A DNA stretch of 64,000 nucleotides. Origin: Mytilus trossulus (taxonomy: Eukaryota). Positions 12,633 to 24,600 of this stretch are shown in pieces. The translations under genes were made by a program, and so were the position numbers. Position 1 is the first letter of the stretch; every line of letters begins with the position of its first letter. Where the stretch lies: the NCBI RefSeq assembly GCF_036588685.1, contig NC_086375.1:69130001-69194000 (forward strand), given 5' to 3'. The notes beneath the pieces are model-generated. The model made no database searches and was not told where the DNA came from. It saw nothing but the letters and a program-made list of their open reading frames with translations.

Positions 12633-15600
12633 GTAAAGAAAAAGATACTTATAAACATTTTAAAGGATTCACTGCTTTTTCATACACAGATGTATATTAG
12701 TTCAACAAAAGATACAACCAATATCCTGTACTATTAAATAATTACATTAGATGTTTCATCATAATACGTTATTTTGTTTGGCTATTTGCAATCTTGTGTT
12801 ATTCCTTAGAACTTCATTACACAATAAATTTATCATTCATGATGACACGAGGTCCCATAATAAAGTGCTCAGACAAATTAAATAAAAACTTATTGAATGC
12901 TTCTTTTTGTAACTTCATATGGTTGTAAAATTGTTGGCCGTGCTTACATTTTTAGAATGAAGCGCTTCTACCCTTCCTACGAAATTTACTGCGGTCATCG
13001 CTTTTACACCCCAATGAAAATACAAAAAGAAGCATTCAATTCTTAAGTCATCAACATTAGGGGTGTAAGGAGAAAAAACTTCTTAAAAAAGAATTTCCAT
13101 ACATGCATTATTTCCAACGGAATAGCCTTAATCAGTGGTTGTTGTTGGTTTATGTCTGTCATATTTGTTTTTCATAAATTTATTAAAGAAATAAGGCTAT
13201 TAGTTTTTTCGTTGAATTATTTCCGCTTTTCAATCCGGCTTCTATTATCAATAAAAACTGACCACCACGACATATCACTAGTAGCGTTAAATGCAAATGA
13301 ATCAATCAATAAAAGAAGATTATTGCAATGAACTTCCTTTAAGTCTGCAATGCTGAAAAGACTGAATTTTCATTATTGAAGATGTGCATAGCCTTAGGCG
13401 ACACGGTCGTTTTAGGTCCTCTTTGTTTATTTGGTTAATTTTTGTCACTTACAACCACATATAAGATTTTATTTAAGATAGATATGACCAAAACTGACAA
13501 AATTGATTTATATTTGCCAATAAAATGTAGACTTTACTTCTTTTTTAAACACATTTTATAGCTAGTGCAAAATTCTCTTATTCCACAAAGGATATGAAGA
13601 AGAAGCAGAAACACAAAATCATGTGAACTGAAAAAACTAGATGATATATTTTAGGGCAATTACAATACGACATGTGCCATATGTATAGCAGGATATGCTT
13701 ACATTTCCAGAACACATGAGATCATCCTTAGTTTTAGGTGGGGTACGTTTTGATCAGTCCAATTTTTTACGTTCTGTTTTGTGTACTGTTGTTTTTCTGA
13801 TAGTCTGTTTTGCTTTTTAGCCATGACGTTGTCAGGGTTTTTTTTACTTATGAGTTTGAAAGTCCGGTTGGTATTTTTTGCCTCTCCTGAAATGATTTTT
13901 TTTTATTAAATCAATATATTGTTACAGTATGTTTCACTATTTCAAATTTATTGTTTTAATTTGTATTTTTGTGCTTTTTTATTTTAGGTTATTTTTTCAG
14001 TAGCTTTATCATGTTGGGTGTGGCTAAATCATATGGTTTATTGATGAAGCCACTTATGGATGAGTTTGATGTTGATATCACAATTGCCTCACTTGGAAAT
14101 GCAGTTATGGCTGGAATTTATACATTGGCTGGTATGCTAAAATATATTGACAAAGTGTTGCCAAATTTCATAAGTGTGCTTGTTTCTAGGCCGATCATAT
14201 CTGTATCTTTTGAGTACTTAATAATAATCTACACAACACTGTAGTGTAAAGTAATTTTGAAAATAGAAAATAGAAACAAAATAGAAAAGCTTGTGTTACG
14301 GCCAGAAATCGCCTTTAAATTGTAGCCAACAAAAGACACAAATCAATAGTAAAATTTAACAATATTTATTATACAAAAGTTTACAAGAAGTATTTTACAA
14401 ATATAACTGTTAACTTAACTGTCAAAATATGAGTCCACTCTTTTATCTGTATCCGGAAATCTTTTGGAATCTAATCTGAATATTATGTTCACTACTAAGG
14501 TCACAATCTAGTATGATGTTGTTTGTAGAATAAAAGTGTCAATCCAAATGCTGTGAATACTAATGTCTATCAATGTCTATGTCCAAGTTTAATTATGAGA
14601 GTTTAACTTTAGTGTCTATATATATAGTGTTGTCATGGAAAATTCTGGAATACTCTATAATGGAACATTGTGGAAAATCCTGGAAAGTTACAACGGAAGT
14701 TTCTGGAATAACGTAGAAGTTTAAATTACGCATCTTTTATAAGGATCATTCTAGAAAGTTCCAATCATTCTGTGATTGTTCCAGTGATTCCTAAACTGCA
14801 CAGTTATATAATTATTTGGTAAACAACTATCAGGCCATACAACACAAATTAGGCCAACATAAATAAATACAATAATTACAATATCATAACACCTCCCCCC
14901 TTAAAAGAAGTTTTAGTGTAATAAAAACTTATAATAAATAATATGAACAAAAAAAACATAGTATATACAAAGTGATTTAATAAGCTCTAGATAAAGCATC
15001 TGCTATTACATTATCTTTACCCTTAATATGTTTTACAATTACATCATATTCCTGTAACAATAAACTCCACCTAGTCAACCTCTGATTCTTGTTTCTCATT
15101 TTATGCATGAAGGTGAGAGGATTATGATCAGTATAAACAAGAATAGGATGCACAGTTGGATTCAAATATACATCAAAATGTTGAAGTGCTGACAACATTG
15201 CAAAACACTCTTTTTTCAATAGTTGAATAATTTTTCTGATGTTTATCTAATTTCTTAAAAAAATATGATATAGGTTTTTCAACATGATCATTTGTCTCTT
15301 GATATAAAACAGCTCCTATTCCTACATCGCTTGCATCAACGGCAAGTTTAAATTGTTTTTCAAAGTCTGGAGTAATCAGAACTGGACTATTAATTAAAAG
15401 TGATTTGCTATTTTCAAAAGCGTTTTGACAATTTTCACTCCAGATAAATTTAAAGTCTTTTCGTAAAAGATGAGTCAATGGTTGAACAACAGTAGCAAAA
15501 TTTGAACAAAATTTCCTGTAAAATCCAATCATGCCTAAATATCTCATAAGTTGTTTTCTATTTGTAGGAGGAGGAAATTTGGAAATAGCTCCCACTTTAG

Positions 15601-18600
15601 CCATTATAGGTTTTACTTGACCTTGGCCAACTGTATGCCCTAAATAATCAACAGTGGCCTGAGAAAATTCACTTTTACCAAGATTAACAGTCAAATTTGA
15701 TTTTGACAATCTATCAAAAGTATCATACAAATGTGTTAAATGCTGTTCCCAGCTATCACTACATACAATTAGATCATCAATATAAGCATAACAACAGTCT
15801 AAATCTTTTATAACATTATTGATCATTCTTTGAAATGTAGCTGGAGCACTTTTCATGCCAAACGGCATTACAGTATATTGAAATAAGCCATCTGGTGTAA
15901 CAAAAGCTGATATTTCACGAGCTCTCTGTGTCAATGGAACTTGCCAATAACCTTTCAATAAATCAAATTTACTCACAAATTTTGCTTGACCAATATTGTC
16001 AATACAATCGTCTATCCTTGGAATCGGATATGAATCAGATTTTGAGACTGAATTTACTTTTCTGAAATCAGTCACGAAACGAAAGGTTTTATCTGGTTTT
16101 GGCACAAGGAGACAAGGAGAGCTCCATTCACTGTTACTCGGCTCAATAATATCATTGTCAAGCATATATTTAATTTCTTTTCTCATAACTTCAAGTTTGA
16201 GTGGATTGAGCCAGTAAGGATGTTGCTTAATTGGAGAAGCATCTCCTACATCAACATCATGACAAACAGAAGTGGTTTTGTTTGGCACATCTGGAAAAAG
16301 ATTTTTAAAAGAAAATACCAAAGTTTTTATTTCTTCTCTACGATCAAAAGACAGATGTGCAACTTTTGAGTCTAAATTTGACAAAATTTCTGAATTTTTC
16401 AATCTAACTGTCTCTTCCATAGATTTAGAACTAAAAGGTTGTTCAATTACATCTGGTTTGTCATGATTGTTCTCAAATTGAACCATGCCTAAAGTGGCAA
16501 CTGGTTTACTATCACATACATTAGTACGCTCAAAATATGGTTTTAACATATTAATATGACACACTCTATTTTGTTTGCGCCGACCTGGAGTTTTTACAAT
16601 ATAATTCAAATCATTAATTTTACTCTCTATTGTATAAGGACTACAATATTTAGCCTGTAAAGGATGTCCAGGGACAGGCAGAAATACAAGTACCTTATCA
16701 CCAGGCTCCAAAACTCTGTCCCTGGCATCTTTATCATACCATATTTTCATCTTGTTCTGTACATTTTTTAAGTTTTTCTGAGCAATTTGACAAGCAGTAT
16801 ACAATTTTTCTTTAAATCTAGATACATAGTCTAAAAGATTCAAGTCAGTATGTTCAGTAAGCCACTTTTCCTTAATCAATTTTAACGGTCCCCTTACAGT
16901 ATGACCAAATACCAACTCAAAGGGACTAAATCCAAGGGATTCTTTAACAGCCTCTCGAACCGCAAAAAGTAGAAAGTGAACTCCATCATCCCAGTCTCTG
17001 TCAAATTGAAGACAAAAAGTTCTAATCATGTTCTTCAATGTTTGATGAAAACGTTCTAAGGCACCTTGAGATTCTGGATGATAAGCACTTGATCTGTACT
17101 GAGCAATCCCTAACTGGTATACGACTTGCTGAAATAAACCTGACATGAAATTTGAGCCCTGGTCGGACTGTATAGACTTAGGAAGTCCTACTAATGTGAA
17201 AAATTTGATCAAAGCTTTGACGATAGTAGGTGTCTTGATATTTCTGAGCGGAATAGCTTCAGGAAAGCGGGTAGATGTACACATGATTGTCAATAAATAT
17301 GCATTTCCAGTCTTGGTCTTTGGTAAAGGTCCAACGCAGTCAATTAGAACTCTGCTGAATGGTTCGTCGAAGGCTGGAATAGGCAGAAGTGGTGCTGGTG
17401 GTATTTTCTGGTTAGGCTTACCAACAACCTGGCATATATGGCATGATTTGCAGTATTCTGCGACATCATTTCTAAGTCTTGGCCAATAGAAATGCTGCAA
17501 GATTTTTAGGCAAGTCTTCCTTATACCTAAGTGTCCAGCCAAGGGGGTGTCATGGGCAAGACCAATAATTTCTTGCCTATAAACTTTAGGCACCACCACT
17601 TGGTACACCACTCTCCATTCCTCCTCTGGGGTAGCATCAGGAGGCCTCCACTTCCTCATTAAAATGCCGTCCTGATGGTAATAGCATTCGGCCACTTTGT
17701 CTGCTTCCTCCTGTGGTTGAGCTCTCAGGCTGAGCTGAAGAACCTCAGGGTCTTTATGTTGTTCTTCGAGTAAATTCTTTCGGTCTAATGAATGGCTGTT
17801 TACATCTGACCATGGCATAATAACATTTTTGTTAACACTAGGTGGTTTTATAAGGGCCTTTTCTGAGTTACTAGGATCTTCAATATCAGCTATAAAAGTG
17901 TCAGAAAGGTCCATGTAATCAAACTTGTCTTCTTGCAAATTCTCATTTTGTTGTTTTCTAGCCATCGCCCTAGTAACAACACACGCTGGATACAATTCAG
18001 CATCATCTTCAGGTGATTTAACATCCACCACTGGTTCACTGGTAACAATTGGTTCAGCAACCACTTTGTTCCTAGCTAGATCATTTCCTAGCAATAAGGT
18101 AACACCCTCGACAGGGAGATTAGGACGAACACCTACAACAACTGGTCCAGTTATTAAATCTGACTTCAGATAAATACGATGGAGAGGAACATCTATACAA
18201 CCCAACTCTACACCTTGTAACAAAGCGGAGACACCAACAGAAGTCTTCTCGGACAAAGGCAACACACCTTCTAACAATAAAGACTGAGAAGCTCCAGTGT
18301 CCCGTAAAATCTTAATAGGCTGAAGAGTGGTATCATCAACAATAGAAACAAACCCATCAGACATAAAGGGTTTGTATTCCTCCATGTAATCACAAAAACT
18401 GGACTTAAAAGCCTGACGCGCAGGGCATTCCAATGTACTGGTAATATAAGGTGCCGTACAAGCATTGGTCTTGGGCTTATTATCTCGTTCATTCTTCTTC
18501 TGGAGTCTAAAACAATCAGCCATCAGGTGACCAATCTTCTTACAATAAGCACAAGTCAGTGACTTCTTTTCAAAAGTATCAAATTTTGGACTAGACATAT

Positions 18601-21600
18601 TATAACTGGACTGACTCTTATTCTGTGGAACAGGCTTACTATCAGTACGCTCAGTGCTTTGATTTTTGTAATTTCCACTGGAAGTATTAACATTTTGACC
18701 CTTGAAACTTCTTTTATGTGAAAGAGTATAATTATCTGAAATAACAGCTGCATCATGTATTGACTCAACAGTTTTGTCGTCTAAATGTGTTTTTAAGTCT
18801 AAATGAACACATTGTTTGAACTCTTCTAATAACATCAATTGTCTTAGGTTATCAAAAATTTTATCTGTTTTCTTTGACGTAAGCCATTTATCAAATAGAT
18901 CTTCTTTTTCCCGAGCAAATTCCACATATGTTTGTGAATCAAACTTTTTATAAGATCTAAATTTCTGTCTATATGCTTCTGGTACTAGTTCATAAGCTTT
19001 CAAAACTTCCTGTTTTACCATATCATAATCAGAACTTTTTTCTGATGGAAGTGCGGAATAAATTTCAGCGGCCTTACCCTCAAAAACACTTTGCAGCATC
19101 GTAGTCCAATATGGCTTCGGCCATTTCAAATTATTTGCAATTTTCTCAAACTGTGGAAAATATTTATCAACTGTTTTTTCACAAAATTTCGGAACCAAAC
19201 GTATATTTTTAGCTGCATCAAAATAATCTGATTTCGAGTTAACTTTAGTGTTGCTTTCTTCTTTGACCATTTCAATTTTCAGTTTTTCCATCTCTAACCT
19301 TTCCTTCATTTCAAGTTCTTTTAATTTAAATTCATCTTCTTTTTCTTTTTTATCCATTTCCAATCTTTCCTTCATTTCAAGTTCTTTTATTTTTTCCGTC
19401 TCCTTCATTTCCAGTTCTTTTAATTTAAGTTTATGTTCTAATTCAAGCTGTTTTAATTTAAAGGCGTCAACATTTTCGACCTTAAGATCAAGAGCCTCTT
19501 CACCTAATTTTTCTGATTCAACTAATTTGTCTATAACCAAATTTTTTATAATTTGTTTTCTCATAGATACTTTAAAAACTAATTTCAGATGTTTAGCAAG
19601 CAACACTAATTCCTCTTTCTTTAAATTATCAAAACTCTCCAGGTCTGGCGTTTTCAAAAATTTACCGGCATCAAATGCCATTTTGTAGAATTTTGTTGGC
19701 TAGTTATAATAAAAATATTAAACAAATTTTGATTAAGATATTTTTAAGATCTCCCGGACGAGCCCCCAATTTCTGTTACGGCCAGAAATCGCCTTTAAAT
19801 TGTAGCCAACAAAAGACACAAATCAATAGTAAAATTTAACAATATTTATTATACAAAAGTTTACAAGAAGTATTTTACAAATATAACTGTTAACTAAACT
19901 GTCAAAATATGAGTCCACTCTTTTATCTGTATCCGGAAATCTTTTGGAATCCAATCTGAATATTATGTTCACTACTAAGGTCACAATCTAGTATGATGTT
20001 GTTTGTAGAATAAAAGTGTCAATCCAAATGCTGTGAATACTAATGTCTATCAATGTCTATGTCCAAGTTTAATTATGAGAGTTTAACTTTAGTGTCTATA
20101 TATATAGTGTTGTCATGGAAAATTCTGGAACACTCTATAATGGAACATTGTGGAAAATCCTGGAAAGTTACAACGGAAGTTTCTGGAATAACGTAGAAGT
20201 TTAAATTACGCATCTTTTATAAGGATCATTCTAGAAAGTTCCAATCATTCTGTGATTGTTCCAGTGATTCCTAAACTGCACAGTTATATAATTATTTGGT
20301 AAACAACTATCAGGCCATACAACACAAATTAGGCCAACATAAATAAATACAATAATTACAATATCATAACACTTGATGTATCTAAGTCTTTTAATTGAAC
20401 CATATAATTAATTTTCCTGTCATAAGGTACATATCTTGTATATAATGGTATACTTATGTTTTTTTTATTTGAATCTCCTTGTTAGTGAAATTATTAAAAA
20501 ACGTAGAAGTCTCAGGCTACCTGGGATTCATGTAACTTGGTTAAAAATAAAATAAAACTACCAGTACAAATTAAAATTTGATCTTTCATGCTATAAAATG
20601 GTATTCACTTTGGAATCCATTACTCATCAATTTTCTGTTTTATTAATGCTATAGTAGGAATATAATTTATGAAAATAGCGCACACAGTTCAACTTGTTTT
20701 TTTTTTACAAAGGCCTTGTTAATTAAGAAAAAAAATGTGTACAAGTGTTTGTTTATAAACTCCAGATAGAAAAATCTGTATTTAAGATGATAATGATAAT
20801 AGTATAAAAATGTTTGTTTAATTATATGGCAATTTAAACCTTTCGGAACCCATTGTATGAAAAAAAAATATTCAACGTTTGGTTGCAGTTTATCTCAGAT
20901 GATGATTGGAATAATTTAAGGGTCATAACCTTAATCGGCTCACTGGATGATTTAAACTATGCTAACAGGTGTAAATGAACTTTTCGGAACGTGGAAGGCA
21001 ATCAAAGAGGGTTTTGGTTTATTTTTCTTATCATAAGAGAAACAGATTTTTACATAGGTACACGTGGATTATCGGATTTATCCAATCTCGATACTTAAAC
21101 TATAAATCATAACGTTATCGACGAGACTCGGATTTTAAAATAGAGAATTTAACTATCTCAATTGGATAAATCTGATAATCCTCTGGTTTCAATATCACTG
21201 GGGTAAAGCTGATGACCGTTACTGCATTCACGGTCATCTCACATATGTCATATGAAAAATTAGGTCAGTATTTGTTTTGTCTGTTTCGGTGTTTTTATAT
21301 CATTTTCTTTACGAGCATACATTGTTACAATGGAAATTCATAAAAGATTTACACTAAAATCGCAAATATCTACCGAGAAATATGTATGAAACTGGAAATT
21401 GTATTTGAAAAAATCGCTAAGATGACCGTAAATTATAATCGAGATGACCGTGACAGGATCATCGAATCATAACAAGGGTGACCGTAATTGGTTAAAAGAT
21501 TACCGCAATTTGTAAAGGATGACCGTAACTTTTAAAGGATGTCTGTCTATTCTAAGAAATATCCATAATTGTATTCATAGCTTTTTGTTGAGTTTGTCTC

Positions 21601-24600
21601 AATAGGGGCTCGATTAGCGGATATAAATATATTTAATCAATTTCTTTTAACTATTTGCCGTATTTTGAGTTTATGACAATAATAGAATGTGCCAATGTAT
21701 TCTTTGTAAAGAAAATGATATAGAAACACTTAAACAGAAAATACAAATTATGACTTGATTGTTCATCCGACATCTTGGGATGAGCGTGAATGCAGTAACG
21801 GTCATCAGCTTTACCCCAGCGAATATAATAATATATATGTACATTATATAGTTTCGTTATGTAACAAAACAAACAAGTTCATCAACTGGTTATTATTATT
21901 ACTTCACAAAACAAACAAAACAAAACAAAATATATCTGCAACGCATGAATAAAACATAAGAATCAATAAATGCATTGTCATAAATTAAATTAAAAAGGAA
22001 AATAATGAACAATGGTCATGTTTATTTCTGTAGAGAGAAATCATGTAAAATAAAGCTACAATGTCAGAATGCTAGACAAAAATTATATTTTTCAGCACCA
22101 GTGTTTGTAGCTCTTGGTCAACACTTTACAGAGAGATCTGTTGTAATGTTTGGAGCTGTCTTTGCATGTATCTTCATCTCCTTGTGCTATCTTAAGATTG
22201 GTATTTGGTATTTAATTTGGATGTACGGTATAGGCACAGGTAAGATTAAGGTGGTACCCAACACTTTCACCAAAATTGATTCGGCTCGTTTAATTTTCAT
22301 ACAATTTTTTATCAAAGTATTTACTTTGACCTTTAACAAAAATATAAAATTTTCTAAAATTTTGAACCAACCGTTTAAACAGAAAAATTACACTGGTTAT
22401 ATAGCAGTTTGACAAACACCAATTTTGATCAGTGAGAAGCTTTATATTCCTTTTACAACACAACCTATTTAAAACGTTAAGCTGGCTTTACAGAGTTGTC
22501 TCCCTGTAATGTTAGGTACCACCTTAAATCTAATTTTAAAATCCGATCTATAACAAAAAAATACAATTGTTCGGTTTTGACTTCTCCAGTCTCATGTAAG
22601 TATCACCGTTTGCTATAACAATACAATTACACGCATTGCCACAGATTGAAGAAATGGAAATGATCTCTTATTTTTAACAGTCCACGAAGTTATGTAAGAA
22701 TTTGTTTTAAAAATTCTAAAAAAAAATATTATGACAAATTTGGTACTTGTTTTTCACAAAAAATCATTGACAAACTTTAGGTTGTTTTTATTAGTAGTAC
22801 AACAATGTGTGAGCAAAGCAAACAGATATTATTGGCAAAACTTAGGCTACAGTGGTCAACAAAAATGTTGTTGTCCCTGGAGATAAAGCCCATAACATCA
22901 TCTTTTATGTATGTAAATTTTAACTGCTTGATAAAGGAATTAGATATTAAAAAGAGGAAATTCTAAATTATCATACGACTGTTCTACTTCTTCGGAATTT
23001 CAATCAAAGATGAAGAACTGTATCTTCCTTCACTGTATTAGATACCTAAATAAAATCAGTTTCAATAAAAACAACTTTATATAACTGTTTCTTCTATGTG
23101 ATCCACGGAACATTTTTTCGATAATTAACAACATTGTATTAGCAGTCAAAGCCGGGCTACACATTTATTGTGAAACTACCTGCTTCATGGACATCGCGAA
23201 TTAGATTTGAATACATATAAATAAGACATGTTACAGTACACACAATATAAGTCCCTTTCCTTTTGCAATAGTGTTAAAACACTTGACTTTTCTACACTTA
23301 TTACGAGCATTCCCCATTTTAAACTAAAATAATAGTTGGTTCTACTTTGTTAATGAGTGGCTTCAATCGATACTAAAATATATATCTAACCAGGTATAAA
23401 CTACGAAATTTTCTACATAAGAAATATGACACCTGTTATAAGGATTTTTGATGTGTTTAACCTTAGATTTTACCATTTCATTACGGACTTAAATTTTCCT
23501 CGGTGTTCGTTTTTTTAAATTTTATTTTGTATTGAACTGTAATAAAAATTACTCCATATCAAAAAAACATTCCCTAAAACTGACATTATCAAGATGTCTG
23601 ATTACTTGATTGACAACTTGTTTTTATGTGATTATGGACTTTCCGAATTGATTATCCTCTGAGTTCAGTATTTTTGAGATTTTGAAATTCATAATCACAT
23701 GGCAAAATCAAAAGACAGAACACATAAAAAAAGAAAGGACAACAACTGTCATATTCCTGACTTGGTACAGGCATATTCAAATGAAGATAATGGTGGATTA
23801 AACCTGGTTTTAAAGCGCTAAACCTCTCACTTTGTACGACAGTCTCATCAAATTCTGTTATATTTTCAATGAAGCGTGAACTACACAATGATGGGAACTG
23901 TCAATTTCTATGAAGCAACCTTTTAGCTACATCTTCATACGAATAATATATGTATTTATCTCATTACTGATATGATATCAATTACTAGCATTTACTGTCA
24001 TGATTTCCTTGACCGAGGGTTGCTGCTTTAATAAAAAAACTTTTAAAGCAAGAATTGCAGGTCATGAATCATTCATTCAAAAATTTAACAGACGCCATTA
24101 TGTGTTGGTAGACCGTTATAACTATTTTTTCACAGATTTTGACGGAATTGTAATAATTGCCGTATCTTCATTTCCGTCCTGTTTTCCACGCAATATACTT
24201 GTCACCATGTTTATACTTACAAGAACAAAACAGATGCCACATGTTAACCGTATCGGCTCACCTTCCAGAACACCTTAGAATACCCAGGGTTTTTGGTGGG
24301 GATCATGTTTTCGTGTCTTTAGTTTTCTATGTTTTGTTTTGTGTAGTGGTTTTTTTTCTTCGCCTTTCTTTTTATTATATCAACCTACTGACTAATCAGT
24401 GGGATTTCCAGTGACACTAGAACAATAGAAATGTCACTCTTCTTATGAAAGAGATAGAAAAGGTCTAAAAACAGGAGAGACAATTTACGCATAAAACCCG
24501 ATATGCATAGGGATGAATATCTCTTAAAACACAAAACCATTATATAACTTTTATACAACCACTATAAATAAAGTATATGTTAAAGCTAAATTTGTTAATA

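Larger units (their letters stand above)
14294..20371 (-). mobile_element. Full-length Ty3/Gypsy LTR retrotransposon, Gmr1-like (PR-INT-RT-RH order)
   Basis: 598-bp LTRs TGTT...AACA at 14294-14891 and 19774-20371; 4-bp TSD CTTG (14290-14293, 20372-20375); PBS, PPT and gag-pol ORF present. Confidence 0.97.

Noticed and set aside
15996-19688. Plus-strand ORFs (15996, 16272, 17145, 17925, 19248) and alternative-frame minus ORFs
   Set aside because: Antisense or off-frame shadows of gag-pol
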